Positions 10,922 through 21,142 of a stretch of 64,000 bases of DNA are shown here, in pieces. The notes under the pieces are model-generated. The model had not been told where the DNA came from and ran no database searches. It saw nothing but the letters and a program-made list of their open reading frames with translations. The DNA comes from Candidatus Marinacidobacterales bacterium (GTDB lineage: Bacteria; Acidobacteriota; Vicinamibacteria; Marinacidobacterales; DATDRI01), in NCBI GenBank assembly GCA_965226495.1, contig OZ245365.1, forward strand, positions 1,696,001 through 1,760,000. Reading direction: 5' to 3'. The first letter of the stretch is position 1, and each line of letters starts with the position of its first letter. Made by a program: the position numbers and the translations under genes.

Positions 10922-11356
10922 ATGGCACAGGCGATGGGAGACTACTTGGAGTTCCTCAATGAGCAGGTGAAGGACTACCATGGGGAATATCAGGATATCA
11001 TCGCCACGGTTCCAGTCTACTTCGCCCTATTGACCGGCGTGCTGGACGATTCACGTTTCCCCGCCGAACTGAGATCCGTCGTCAACTCGGCACTCGCGTA
11101 CTTCATCTCTCCTTTTGACTTCGGAGAGGATGAGGCGGTGGGTGCAGAGGGATACGTGGACGATGTTTACGTGTGCTCCCTAGCCGTCCTGAAGCTGAGA
11201 GAGGCGTTAGATGACCATGCGGTTATTCTCGATCATTGGGATGGGGAAGAGGATCCGTTCTTGCTTTCGCAAAGAATAATCGAAGCGCTCACCGAGGAAC
11301 TGGGCGACGGCTCGATTCAACTCATTCGGCAGTATACGGGCCTCGATGAAGTCTAG
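10922..11356 (+). CDS. YkvA/DUF1232-like protein
   Basis: ALAYFISPFD...GYVDD motif. Confidence 0.7.
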   Translation: MAQAMGDYLEFLNEQVKDYHGEYQDIIATVPVYFALLTGVLDDSRFPAELRSVVNSALAYFISPFDFGEDEAVGAEGYVDDVYVCSLAVLKLREALDDHAVILDHWDGEEDPFLLSQRIIEALTEELGDGSIQLIRQYTGLDEV

Positions 11357-11392
11357 TTGAGAGAGAGACATTTACGGCAGAGGACCACACCC

Positions 11393-12115
11393 ATGACGGA
11401 GAAGACGAAGGCCAGAGTAGACATCCAAGAGCATGGCATGGATCGGGATGGCACCAAGACCTCTACCGACCGCCGACTCTTCATGCAGCTTCAGGTGTTT
11501 GGCGAGTGCACCGACAAGAAGGCCCTCGTTCAAGAGCTCGAGCGTCAGTCTGTCGAGGGAGTCGTCTACCAAGATGTCAACGATCCACGTGGTGTCGGCA
11601 TTTTGACAATGGGCGAGGACCCCACTTTCTTCGCGACCAAAGCAGCAGAGCTATTCAATTCACCGCCTTTCGAATTACTTCCCATGAAGTCGGAGTTCAC
11701 GATGTTTGGGCGCTCCTACTCGTCCGGTTACGAGCCCAACCTCGAGGACTGGCTCGTCTCGAAGCCCCGGAAGACTGCTCTCAATCCCGACTGGCCGTGG
11801 GCAATCTGGTACCCTCTTCGCCGCAAGGGCGAGTTCGCCGCGCTTCCTGCGGAGGAACAAAAGGGCATTCTTAGAGAGCACGGCATGATCGGACGCAGTT
11901 ATGCCGAGGACGATTTGGCCCACGACATCCGGTTGGCCTGCCACGGAATCGATACCAACGACAACGAGTTCTTGATTGGCCTGGTGGGTAAGGATCTGTT
12001 CCCACTATCCCACCTCGTTCAAAGAATGAGGAAGACCCAACAAACCTCGAAGTACATCCAATCGATGGGCCCGTTCTTTGTTGGGCATGTGGTGTGGCAG
12101 AGCGCGCTAGGCTAA
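11393..12115 (+). CDS. chlorite dismutase family protein, probable coproheme decarboxylase
   Basis: WYPLRR, EHGMIG (heme His), HGIDTNDNEF and GPFFVG motifs. Confidence 0.75.
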   Translation: MTEKTKARVDIQEHGMDRDGTKTSTDRRLFMQLQVFGECTDKKALVQELERQSVEGVVYQDVNDPRGVGILTMGEDPTFFATKAAELFNSPPFELLPMKSEFTMFGRSYSSGYEPNLEDWLVSKPRKTALNPDWPWAIWYPLRRKGEFAALPAEEQKGILREHGMIGRSYAEDDLAHDIRLACHGIDTNDNEFLIGLVGKDLFPLSHLVQRMRKTQQTSKYIQSMGPFFVGHVVWQSALG

Positions 12116-12116
12116 C

Positions 12117-12290
12117 GGCCCGTTCGGGCCGCCGGCCGGGAGGAATGCGCTCACGAATTTCACTGCGCAGGGAACCCGGCCGATAAAAAGGGGCCGAGCG
12201 AAGAGCGAGGCCCGCGAGCGAGGCGGAGCCTTCAGCCGCCGCGCCGCGAGGAGCGGCGAGGCATTACTTGAAGAGCCGAGCGAGCACTAA
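12117..12290. repeat. GC-rich multi-hairpin intergenic element
   Basis: cggccc-gttc-gggccg, cggccggg...cccggccg and cgccgc-gagga-gcggcg inverted repeats. Confidence 0.4.
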
Positions 12291-12307
12291 CACCCAAGGA
12301 GCCTGAC

Positions 12308-12799
12308 CTGCAAGAAAAACTCCCCGCCCATGAGTACCTTGACGAAAACAAGATCCCTTACCAGAGGCTCGAGTTTCCGTCTTCCACAGAGAAAGGCGCA
12401 GCGCAGGTAGCCGAGGCCCTCGGTTACAAAGCCAGCCAGATGGTCAAGACGCTGGTGTTCGAGAGCGACAAGGGAGAGCGCGTCTTGGTCATGGTGGGCG
12501 GCGATCAAAACGCCGTATCTGGATACCTCAAGAAGGCGATCGGGTCGCGCAACATCAAGCTCGCCAGCCTGGAAGCGGTCAAGGAAACGACCGGTTACGA
12601 GGTGGGCTCGGTGCCGCCGTTTCACTGGCAGCCAGAAGGTTTTCGCTCGTTCGTCGACGCCTCGCTCATGGAAGAAGCCGTCTTGGGCGTCGGCGCGGGG
12701 GTGTGGGGCCACGAAATCCTGATCGCGCCACGAGACCTTGTTGCAGCGAGTCGAGCCGCCGTCGTCAATCTGACCGACCGCAACAAGCCGTTTGAGTAA
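12308..12799 (+). CDS. YbaK/EbsC aminoacyl-tRNA deacylase; probable CTG start
   Basis: MVKTLV and TGYEVGSVPPF motifs; frame extends upstream (AHEYLDENKIPY) to CTG 6 nt after AAGGAG. Confidence 0.8.
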   Translation: MQEKLPAHEYLDENKIPYQRLEFPSSTEKGAAQVAEALGYKASQMVKTLVFESDKGERVLVMVGGDQNAVSGYLKKAIGSRNIKLASLEAVKETTGYEVGSVPPFHWQPEGFRSFVDASLMEEAVLGVGAGVWGHEILIAPRDLVAASRAAVVNLTDRNKPFE

Positions 12800-12804
12800 C
12801 CAGG

Positions 12805-13785
12805 ATGTTTCTCCTTCTTTGGCTGTTGCTCACATTTCAGGAGACGGAAGTCTGGCTCTGTCCCGTGCATCGCGACGTGCAGTCCGTGGAATCCGGCCAG
12901 TGCAACATTTGCGAACGAGAGCTTGAAAAACGCAGGTTCGTTCCCGCTTGGTCTTGCCCGATGCACAGTGAAGTGATCGGTGAGGAAGGGGAGACCTGCT
13001 CGATCTGCAACATGGACCTGGCGCGCACGACTCAAGAGATTCAATGGCGGTGTCCAAGGCATCCAGACGTGAGTCAATCGGAGCCCGGTAACTGTCCGAT
13101 CGGAGGACGCCCCCTCGACAGAGGGGCAGTCGCGATGCCACACGGCGATCACAATCCCCGACATGGTGGCATTCTCTTTATGGCTCCGAACGGATTCAAT
13201 CACTTAGAGGGAACCTTGTCGGACGCCGGGATCTTCGAGTTCTACCTCTATGATGACTTCACGCGGCCCATCGACGCCGGGCGGGTCAAAGCCCGCATTG
13301 GAGATCGATTCTTGACACCTGCCAGCGAGGGAGAGCATGGGCAGTTGAGTCTCGAGGGACCGATCGACTTTCCGGTCGAAATGACCCTCTTTGTGCGGTT
13401 CGAGAATTCAGATAAAGAAGACCGGTTCGATTTCATCTTCGCCGACGCGCGCGCCGCCATCAGCCCAGACGTATCTCCATTCGTGCTCCCAGAGGGGGCG
13501 GAGCGGATCGCCCAAGAGATTTTTCGCCGCGACACGCGGATCCAGGATTTGATGCGAGTCGGGGGCTGGACCGACCTTTATATACCAGCGATGGAGGCCA
13601 AAGAGCTGGCTTTGGCTCTCGGCGCCCAGGAGGGCGAAGCGGTCGATCTTCCCGTCAAAAAAATCGTGCGCGCCGCCTGGCTATTGGATATGTACGGTGA
13701 TTTGGGCAATCGCCTGAAAATCGAGTCGGCGTACGGGCTTTTCGAAGAGGGGATGCGCGAGCTTGAACGGATTCATGCGCGTTAG
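12805..13785 (+). CDS. exported heavy-metal-binding protein with three CPxH...C..C repeats
   Basis: WLCPVH, WSCPMH, WRCPRH repeats; HGDHNPRHGG motif; N-terminal hydrophobic stretch. Confidence 0.7.
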   Translation: MFLLLWLLLTFQETEVWLCPVHRDVQSVESGQCNICERELEKRRFVPAWSCPMHSEVIGEEGETCSICNMDLARTTQEIQWRCPRHPDVSQSEPGNCPIGGRPLDRGAVAMPHGDHNPRHGGILFMAPNGFNHLEGTLSDAGIFEFYLYDDFTRPIDAGRVKARIGDRFLTPASEGEHGQLSLEGPIDFPVEMTLFVRFENSDKEDRFDFIFADARAAISPDVSPFVLPEGAERIAQEIFRRDTRIQDLMRVGGWTDLYIPAMEAKELALALGAQEGEAVDLPVKKIVRAAWLLDMYGDLGNRLKIESAYGLFEEGMRELERIHAR

Positions 13786-14833
13786 GACCCTGGGCGCCAT
13801 CGCTTCCGCGCTAGGCTCCGCGGCGCTGTTGCTGGCTCACGAGGTGGAGCCCTCGAGGTTCACGTACGAGAGAGACGTTCTCCCCATCCTCGAGAAGCAT
13901 TGCGGTGACTGCCATCGCGGCGGCGGGATAGCTCCCATGTCGTTACTCAGCTATCAGCAGGCGTTCCCATGGGCATCATCTATTAAGACGGAGGTCCTCG
14001 AGGGGCGGATGCCCCCTTGGCTTCCTGAGGATGGGTATGGCGAGTTTCGCAACGCCCGCACTCTGACCGCCGAAGAGATCGATACGCTGGTCGATTGGGC
14101 GAGCGGAGGAACGCCGGAGGGCCAACCGGTGAAACGAGAGACAGCCCCGTCCGAGGTTGGTGCGGAGACAAAACATGGCGCGCCGGACTTAGTCTTGGAG
14201 CCGGAAGGCGCGATTACGGTCGGAGCCGATGAGTTCGAAAAAAATGTATGTCTTGTCCTACCGACGCAGTTCTCCGAGGCGCGCCGAGTTGCCGCTTTCG
14301 AGTTCCAACCCGACAACATCGCGATGGTACACGACGTGACGATCCGCATGGGAGACCGTTGTGACGCGGGAACGCGGCCAGTGGCAACATGGCTTCCCGG
14401 TCAACGTCTGTCCGTCTTACCCGGCGCTCCAGCGGAAGAGTTGCCCGCCGGTGCCAGGCTGGCGGTCGACATCCACTACCGCAAGACCTGGCGCGACGAC
14501 GGCAAGGCGATGACCGACAAGAGTCGACTGGGTCTTTACTTCGAGCCGGATGCCGCCACGGTGAGATCTCTGAAAATGGACGGAAAGGACTATGAGTTGC
14601 CGACCGACTTCATGGTCCTTGCGGTCTATGCCTCACCACCCGCCGCCGGTTCGTTCGAGCTCGAGGCACGCTACCCCGACGGACATCGCACGCCGCTCAT
14701 TAGGATCCGCGCGTTCGATCCCGCCTGGAACGCGAAATATATTTTTGTGCACCCCCTGCGGCTTCCGCGGGGGAGTGTTCTTCGCGCGTCCTCACCGGCC
14801 GCCTGGGTCGACTACATTCCCGCCTCCGACTGA
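13775..14833 (+). CDS. exported cytochrome c protein with monooxygenase-like C-terminal domain
   Basis: Signal peptide, CGDCH heme motif, MPPW motif; overlaps the previous gene. Confidence 0.7.
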   Translation: MRVRTLGAIASALGSAALLLAHEVEPSRFTYERDVLPILEKHCGDCHRGGGIAPMSLLSYQQAFPWASSIKTEVLEGRMPPWLPEDGYGEFRNARTLTAEEIDTLVDWASGGTPEGQPVKRETAPSEVGAETKHGAPDLVLEPEGAITVGADEFEKNVCLVLPTQFSEARRVAAFEFQPDNIAMVHDVTIRMGDRCDAGTRPVATWLPGQRLSVLPGAPAEELPAGARLAVDIHYRKTWRDDGKAMTDKSRLGLYFEPDAATVRSLKMDGKDYELPTDFMVLAVYASPPAAGSFELEARYPDGHRTPLIRIRAFDPAWNAKYIFVHPLRLPRGSVLRASSPAAWVDYIPASD

Positions 14834-14846
14834 GGAGTGTCTCCAA

Positions 14847-15587
14847 ATGATCGAAAAGTGTAAGCCGGAAGACATCCCCTTCCTCACGACTGAACAGATG
14901 ATAGAGGTCGATCGAGCGATGATCGAAGATTTCAAGATCGAGCTCATCCAAATGATGGAGAACGCCGGGCGCAACTTAGCGAGCCTGGCACGGGAGCGAT
15001 TCCTGGACGGGGAGCCTATTGGCAAACGAGTCGTCGTACTGGCGGGTACCGGTGGGAACGGAGGTGGGGTGTTGGTGGCGGCGCGCCGACTTCACAACTG
15101 GGGAGCGCATGTTCATATCTTCGCGACCAAACCGGCGTCGGACTTCACTCCCGTCCCCGCACACCAGCTCGACATTCTTGCGCGCATGAAGGTCACGGTG
15201 AGCCAGGCGGCGAGTGTTGTCGAAGAGCGGCCGCCCGATGTCATCCTTGACGGTGTCATCGGTTACAGCCTGAAGGGCGCTCCGCGAGGCTCGGCGAGTG
15301 ATCTGATTCGTTGGGCAAACGCGCAGGAAGCCCCGATTCTGGCACTGGACGCTCCCTCCGGCGTCGATACGTCGACCGGTAGGGTTTTCGATCCAGCTAT
15401 TCGAGCAACGGCCACCATGACGCTCGCCCTTCCCAAAGAGGGTCTCCGGGCGCCCGACGTCGAGGAACGTGTCGGGGAGCTCTACCTTGCAGACATCAGC
15501 GTCCCGCCCGGTCTCTACGCCGAGCCCGTGCTCGGACTCGACGTGGGACCGTTGTTCGCCCAGAGCGACGTCATCCGCGTGCGCTAA
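14847..15587 (+). CDS. nnrE: NAD(P)H-hydrate epimerase (stand-alone YjeF N domain)
   Basis: MMENAG, GTGGNGGG and DAPSG motifs; GAGGAG RBS. Confidence 0.85.
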   Translation: MIEKCKPEDIPFLTTEQMIEVDRAMIEDFKIELIQMMENAGRNLASLARERFLDGEPIGKRVVVLAGTGGNGGGVLVAARRLHNWGAHVHIFATKPASDFTPVPAHQLDILARMKVTVSQAASVVEERPPDVILDGVIGYSLKGAPRGSASDLIRWANAQEAPILALDAPSGVDTSTGRVFDPAIRATATMTLALPKEGLRAPDVEERVGELYLADISVPPGLYAEPVLGLDVGPLFAQSDVIRVR

Positions 15588-15694
15588 TAACTGTTGGCTT
15601 CCATTTCGCAGGGGTTGGGATGCTGGTTTTAGTCCTCGAGTATTTATTGTAGCCTTTCGGCGCTGGCGCTAGTCCAAGCGCCGAAGGAGGTTCC

Positions 15695-16249
15695 ATGGTT
15701 ACGATCGGTTCTCTTTGGATCCCCATCCTCGTCTCCGCCATCATCGTTTGGTTCGCCAGTTTTCTCGTTTGGGTCGTTCTGCCGCACCACAAATCCGAGT
15801 ACAAGGGCGTCCCGGACGAAGATGCCACGGTCAAGTCATTGGGCGATATCCCGCCCGGTCTGTACAACCTTCCTCACCTTACAGCCATGGAAGACGTCAA
15901 GAAGCCGGAAGTCATCAAGAGGTTCGAGGGAGGACCGACCGGTTTTCTCACCGTCGTCCCGAGAGGCGTGCCCAACATGGGGAAGAGCATGGTGCTGTCG
16001 TTCCTCTACTACCTGGCAGTCGGTGTTGTCGTCGCCTATATCGCTGGTCGGACTCTGAGCTCGGCGACCCCTTATCTCAAGGTGTTCCAGATCGCGGGCA
16101 CCGTCGCATGGCTCGCTCATGGGTGGGGAGTCATGACCGATGGTATTTGGTTCGGACGACCGTGGGGCGCCATCGCGAAACACTTAGTCGATACGCTCGC
16201 CTACGGATTGCTCACCGGCGGAGTGTTCGGCTGGCTCTGGCCGAGGTAG
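15695..16249 (+). CDS. conserved membrane protein
   Basis: GGAGG RBS, ~4 hydrophobic segments, LPHHKS motif. Confidence 0.7.
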   Translation: MVTIGSLWIPILVSAIIVWFASFLVWVVLPHHKSEYKGVPDEDATVKSLGDIPPGLYNLPHLTAMEDVKKPEVIKRFEGGPTGFLTVVPRGVPNMGKSMVLSFLYYLAVGVVVAYIAGRTLSSATPYLKVFQIAGTVAWLAHGWGVMTDGIWFGRPWGAIAKHLVDTLAYGLLTGGVFGWLWPR

Positions 16250-16396
16250 CCCTCACCCTCTCCCAGAGGGAGAGGGTTTAAAGGAAGGAAGCCAACGCGT
16301 GCACCCTCACCCGGCGTCTGTCCACTTCGTTAGTGGCACGCCATGTTTTGACGCCCGAAATCTCCCGGAGGGAGAGGGATTAAAGGATGGAAGCCC
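16250..16396. repeat. pair of REP-like hairpins between convergent genes
   Basis: ccctcaccctctcccagagggagaggg and ccctcaccc...tctcccggagggagaggg, each followed by ttaaagga(a/t)ggaagcc. Confidence 0.65.
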
Positions 16397-16403
16397 ACCT
16401 TAA

Positions 16404-18032
16404 TTAACGACCGTCGGTTGCCGCTTCGTACTTTTGCGCCTCGGCAAGCTCTGGAAGCCCCGCGTCCGCGTGCTGCCAGTTCTTGAGCAATAAGTCGTAG
16501 GCCTTCCTGGCCGTCTCGACGTCGCCCGCTTTCGAAGAGGCTCGCGCCCACCCGAGTAGCGATCGAGTCCTTAGGGGCATCCGCACGAGGGCTACCGCGA
16601 ACTGCTTGATCGCTTCGTCTGCCCAATCCGTTTCCAGAAGCATCTCGCCATAGAGCTCGTGCGATGGCTTCAGCGGGTAAGCAGGTCCCGATGGAGGGTC
16701 CAAACTTCCCTCGATGGCGACCGCCTCTTTCATCACATGGAGAGCGTCGTTGCTCTTCCCCTGGCCAAGAAGAATGAGGGCGGTGATTTCTTTTTCCATG
16801 ATGGCGAGGGGCTTGGCTTCGTAGCTATCATCCTCTGATTCTTTCTGCTCACGAAGCTTCTTGAGCTTGTCCGCGGCTTCTTGTGCCTTGGCGAAGTTGC
16901 CCATCTTTGCGGCACTCATCCCCGCCGCGAGGAGCAGGCTTCCCGTAGCACTGGAGCGCCGTCCGCTGAACGAGGTTGCCTCGGGCAACGGTAGGTCCTG
17001 CCACTTCTCGGTCTCGATGATGTACCGCGACGCCATGGTGCCGTGCACCCGCCGCATATAGTCCGCCTGCGTCTCTTCAGCGACGCCCTCTACAAGCTCA
17101 ACGCCCGCCCAAGCATCTTCGTAGCGACCGAGTTGCAGGTCGGAGTACTGCCACCACGAGTAAGCGTGGTAGTCCCGCTTGGTTATGGAAAGCGATTTAC
17201 GTTTCACCCATGCATCCGAGGCTTCATACGCCGCTTTGTTGGAGGCCGCGACGCGGTCCCACATGCCGTGCTGCACGAAGATGTGGGATGGCATGTGAAG
17301 AGCGTGGGGAGCTGCGGGGGCAATCTCGGCGTATCTATTGGCCGCGGGAAGCGCCAAGGGGGCGTGCACCGGATCGTCGAACGAGTGGATGATGTAGTGA
17401 GCGGCGCCGGGGTGGTTCGGGTTCTCCGCGAAGACCTGGTTCAGGATGGCGGCCGATTTCATCTGGCGCCCAAAGCCCTTCTCTCCCGGCTTCTTCGTGC
17501 CAAGGATCGACAATGCGTAGAAACAGGCGATTTCGTGATCGTCCGGATACTTCTCGTAGAGATTTGCCATCGCTTGCGAATAAGCCCGATCGCGGTCGTG
17601 CTTCTCTCCCTCTCCGTACAGAATCTCGAGCGCCTCCAGGAAGGCCTTCTCTTTGGCGGTGTTGGCTTTCGCGATTCGTTGACTCCGTGACGGGGCCAAC
17701 TCGTGCAGTGCCTTGCGGGCGGCGGCGATGTCCTGTTCATTTCCCCAAAGCGGGTGGTTGTAGGACATGGCCTCGCCCCAATACGCCATGGCGAAGTCGG
17801 GATCGGTCTGGTAGGCCATCTGGAAGGCCTCGGCAGCCTCTTCGTACCAGAAGCTGTGTAACGCCGACACTCCGCGGATGAAGTCCGCCTGGGCCTCCGG
17901 CGAGCCGGAAGTCGGGAACTGGATGGTTCCCAGGTCCGTCTCCTCCTGCGCGGAAGCCGGGCTAACCAGGGTGACGATTGCCGCGAAGACCCCACAAATC
18001 ATGACCGCCAGAATCGCTTTTCGGATCTTCAC
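16404..18032 (-). CDS. secreted TPR-repeat protein
   Basis: Signal peptide, HPGAAHYIIH, HALHMPSHIF, C-terminal WQHADAGLPEL. Confidence 0.8.
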   Translation of the reverse strand: MKIRKAILAVMICGVFAAIVTLVSPASAQEETDLGTIQFPTSGSPEAQADFIRGVSALHSFWYEEAAEAFQMAYQTDPDFAMAYWGEAMSYNHPLWGNEQDIAAARKALHELAPSRSQRIAKANTAKEKAFLEALEILYGEGEKHDRDRAYSQAMANLYEKYPDDHEIACFYALSILGTKKPGEKGFGRQMKSAAILNQVFAENPNHPGAAHYIIHSFDDPVHAPLALPAANRYAEIAPAAPHALHMPSHIFVQHGMWDRVAASNKAAYEASDAWVKRKSLSITKRDYHAYSWWQYSDLQLGRYEDAWAGVELVEGVAEETQADYMRRVHGTMASRYIIETEKWQDLPLPEATSFSGRRSSATGSLLLAAGMSAAKMGNFAKAQEAADKLKKLREQKESEDDSYEAKPLAIMEKEITALILLGQGKSNDALHVMKEAVAIEGSLDPPSGPAYPLKPSHELYGEMLLETDWADEAIKQFAVALVRMPLRTRSLLGWARASSKAGDVETARKAYDLLLKNWQHADAGLPELAEAQKYEAATDGR

Positions 18033-18211
18033 TCAGGCCTCTCTTTCGGTCGTCACTGACTTAATGACGCTCAAAAACTTCCCTTGAGTACGTCAACGAC
18101 CGCCTATAAGCTACCCGATGGCCCCCCCGGAAGGCAAAGCCGGCAAAAGACGGCAGACAGCCTCCCCCCTGGCGCGCCACCACGCCTCGAAAAGGCGGCA
18201 GCCACACGTTT

Positions 18212-18220
18212 TGCTATAAT
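18212..18220 (+). promoter_or_regulatory. extended -10 promoter for the moxR-bat operon
   Basis: TGcTATAAT ~35 bp before the moxR ATG, with a GGAGGAG RBS in between. Confidence 0.55.
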
Positions 18221-18253
18221 TCGCGTGAGAATACCCGGAGGAGCGAAGTACTA

Positions 18254-19240
18254 ATGGAAGCTAGCATTCAAGAGATTAACGAAAGAGTTCAAAAAGAAGC
18301 GGTATTCGTCGAGACACTCCTCGCCGAACTGCGCAAGGTCATCGTCGGCCAACCGGACATGCTGGACCGGCTGCTGATCGGCCTTTTGAGCCGCGGACAC
18401 ATCCTCCTCGAAGGGGTACCCGGGCTGGCCAAGACACTGGCCGTCAGCAGCCTGGCCGATGCCATCGACTGCAAGTTCCAGCGCATTCAGTTTACGCCCG
18501 ACCTCCTGCCCGCCGACCTCGTGGGGACGCTCATCTACAACCAAAAAGAAGGTGTTTTCGTTCCGAAGAAGGGCCCCATCTTTACGAGCCTACTCTTGGC
18601 GGACGAGATCAACCGAGCTCCTGCCAAGGTTCAGAGCGCTCTCCTCGAGGCGATGCAGGAACGTCAGGTGACGATCGGCGATACGACGTACCCGCTCGCG
18701 GAGCCGTTCTTGGTTCTGGCAACGCAGAACCCGATCGAGCAGGAGGGAACCTACCCCCTGCCGGAAGCGCAAGTGGATCGCTTCATGCTGAAGCTCAAGC
18801 TCGATTATCCCAACCGCAAGGAAGAGCGTGAGATTCTCGATCGCATGTCCACCGAGAACGTACCCAAGGCGAGCAAAGTCGTCGGTCCAGACAACATCTT
18901 GAAGGCTCGCAAGGTTGTCGAAGAGGTTTATATAGACGACCGGATCAAGGAGTACATCATCTCGATCGTCTTCGCCACCCGTGAGCCGAGCGAGTTCGGG
19001 CTCGATATCGGTGAACTCATCGAGTACGGAGGCTCACCGCGGGCCACGCTGTACCTGGTCCAGGCGGCCCGTGCGCACGCATTCATTCGTGGGCGCGGTT
19101 ATGTGACCCCCGAAGACGTGAAGTCCGTCGGCCCCGATGTGCTTCGCCATCGCGTCATCCTCTCCTACGAGGCGGAAGCGGAAGACGTAAAACCAGAGGA
19201 AATCATCCAACGTATATTCGACATCGTAGAAGTGCCCTAG
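18254..19240 (+). CDS. moxR: MoxR-family AAA+ ATPase
   Basis: GVPGLAKT, RIQFTPDLLPAD, DEINRA and ATQNPIEQEGTYPLPEAQ motifs. Confidence 0.95.
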   Translation: MEASIQEINERVQKEAVFVETLLAELRKVIVGQPDMLDRLLIGLLSRGHILLEGVPGLAKTLAVSSLADAIDCKFQRIQFTPDLLPADLVGTLIYNQKEGVFVPKKGPIFTSLLLADEINRAPAKVQSALLEAMQERQVTIGDTTYPLAEPFLVLATQNPIEQEGTYPLPEAQVDRFMLKLKLDYPNRKEEREILDRMSTENVPKASKVVGPDNILKARKVVEEVYIDDRIKEYIISIVFATREPSEFGLDIGELIEYGGSPRATLYLVQAARAHAFIRGRGYVTPEDVKSVGPDVLRHRVILSYEAEAEDVKPEEIIQRIFDIVEVP

Positions 19241-19256
19241 GCCTCTAGTCCAACTC

Positions 19257-20138
19257 ATGCTCCCAAGAGAAGTCATCCAGAAGGTTCGTCGTATCGAGAT
19301 CACCACGCGCCGCATGGTGACCGATGTCCTGGCCGGCGAGTACCACAGCATCTTCAAGGGTCGGGGTATGGAATTCTCCGACGTGCGAGAGTACATGATG
19401 GGGGACGACATCCGTACCATCGATTGGAACGTCACCTCCCGCACTGGAACCCTCCACATAAAGAAATTCGTAGAGGAACGTGAGCTGACCGTACTGCTCA
19501 TGCTCGATGCCAGTGGATCCGCCGACTTCGGGACCACATCTCGTTTCAAGCGCGAGGTTGCTGCAGAAATGGGTGCGCTCTTGGCTTTCAGCGCCATCAA
19601 GAACAACGATCGCGTCGGTGCTATCGTTTTTACCGACGAAGTCGAGATGTTCATTCCGCCGCGCAAGGGCCGGCCCCATGTACTGAGGGTCATCCGCGAT
19701 CTACTTTATTTTGCACCGAAGGGTAGGAAGACCAATCTCGCCGCCGCGATGGACTATCTCAACAGAGTCACCCGCAAGCGCGCCGTGGTCTTCGTGCTTT
19801 CCGATTTTTTGACCTTCGGGTTCGAGAAGCCTTTCCGAGTGGCCGCGAAGAAGCATGACGTCATTTCGATTTTTATTTCCGACCCTCGAGAGCGCGAGAT
19901 TCCGAAGGCAGGCATGATCGAGCTCGAGGACGCAGAGACCGGGCAGCGGATGTTGTTGGATACCGCCGATCGGCGCGCCCTGGCCGCGTTCACCGAGCAC
20001 GCGAATGCTCGCGTGCAGGGACAGATGGATGCTTTGACCGCCATGGGCGTCGACATCATCGATGTCAACACCGGTGAGCCCTACGATCGGCCGCTGCAAC
20101 GTTTCTTCCGAAGACGAGCGCGGCGCCTAAGACGTTGA
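19257..20138 (+). CDS. DUF58 family protein (MoxR-associated)
   Basis: GRGMEFSDVREY..GDDIRTIDWNV motif. Confidence 0.9.
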   Translation: MLPREVIQKVRRIEITTRRMVTDVLAGEYHSIFKGRGMEFSDVREYMMGDDIRTIDWNVTSRTGTLHIKKFVEERELTVLLMLDASGSADFGTTSRFKREVAAEMGALLAFSAIKNNDRVGAIVFTDEVEMFIPPRKGRPHVLRVIRDLLYFAPKGRKTNLAAAMDYLNRVTRKRAVVFVLSDFLTFGFEKPFRVAAKKHDVISIFISDPREREIPKAGMIELEDAETGQRMLLDTADRRALAAFTEHANARVQGQMDALTAMGVDIIDVNTGEPYDRPLQRFFRRRARRLRR

Positions 20139-21142
20139 AGACCACATCGATCGCAATGAAACGCTGGCTGGTACTCGGACTCCTTATTGCTTTCGCTGGG
20201 TGCGCCGATGAACCGGCGCAAAAAGAGTCGGTGCCGGTTCCCGAAGGACCCGGAGAGTGGGCCGTCGCCGCACGGGCTGACAAGACCGAAATCGAAGTCG
20301 GAGAAACGCTGACCCTCGATGTCGCCATAAGACACCCTGCCGGCGCCGAGTTCTTGCTCGCAACGGGAGGAGACAAGCTGACTCCCTTCGAGCTGGTTGA
20401 GCAGATCGAACCAGACTCGACCGCGCCGACGGAGAGCCGTGTGAAGCTCCGTATCGCCGCCTATCGCCTGCCCGGAGAGGTGGCCATCCCACCCATCAAG
20501 GTGGAGTACCAGAACGAGTCGGGAGAGCTCGCATCCGTCGAGACCCAGCCTATTCACATCGCGCTCGTCACTTCACTGACTCCCGAAGTGGCGGAAATTC
20601 ACGACATCAAGGGCCCCATGGCCGACCTCCCGGTTCCCAGCCGATGGGGGAGACTCTGGTGGCTATTGGCTGCGCTTGTGGTCGCGGCGTTGGCCTATCT
20701 TCTTTATAGGCGCTTTCGGAAGACGGGCGCCGAGCTCCTAGGGGAGCCCCTGCCACCACCCCTTGCTCCGCCGGAAGTCGAGGCCGAAGAGGCCTTGCGA
20801 AGACTCGTCGACGCGAGGCTCCTCGAGACGGGAAAGGTTCTCCAGTTCTATATCGAGCTCTCCGACATCATGAAGCGTTATGCCGGCCGGCGGTACGCGG
20901 TCCCGTACCTCGAGCGCACGACCTCAGAGATTCAAAGAGATCTGAGAGTCGCCGGCATCAAGCATCAGAAGCAGCTAATGCTGGACAAGATCCTGGTGAC
21001 GTCCGACCTTGTGAAGTTCGCCCGCATCGCGCCTCCGGACGATGAGTCCAACCGGATGGTTCCCGAAGGCTTCCGTTTTGTCGATGAGACCAAGCCGAAG
21101 GTAGTGGCACCGGAGGTGGTGCCGGCGGAGGCGCAGCCGTGA
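20135..21142 (+). CDS. Bat-operon membrane lipoprotein
   Basis: FAGC lipobox, DIKGP plus TM segment, ERTTSE motif; operon position. Confidence 0.7.
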   Translation: MKTTSIAMKRWLVLGLLIAFAGCADEPAQKESVPVPEGPGEWAVAARADKTEIEVGETLTLDVAIRHPAGAEFLLATGGDKLTPFELVEQIEPDSTAPTESRVKLRIAAYRLPGEVAIPPIKVEYQNESGELASVETQPIHIALVTSLTPEVAEIHDIKGPMADLPVPSRWGRLWWLLAALVVAALAYLLYRRFRKTGAELLGEPLPPPLAPPEVEAEEALRRLVDARLLETGKVLQFYIELSDIMKRYAGRRYAVPYLERTTSEIQRDLRVAGIKHQKQLMLDKILVTSDLVKFARIAPPDDESNRMVPEGFRFVDETKPKVVAPEVVPAEAQP

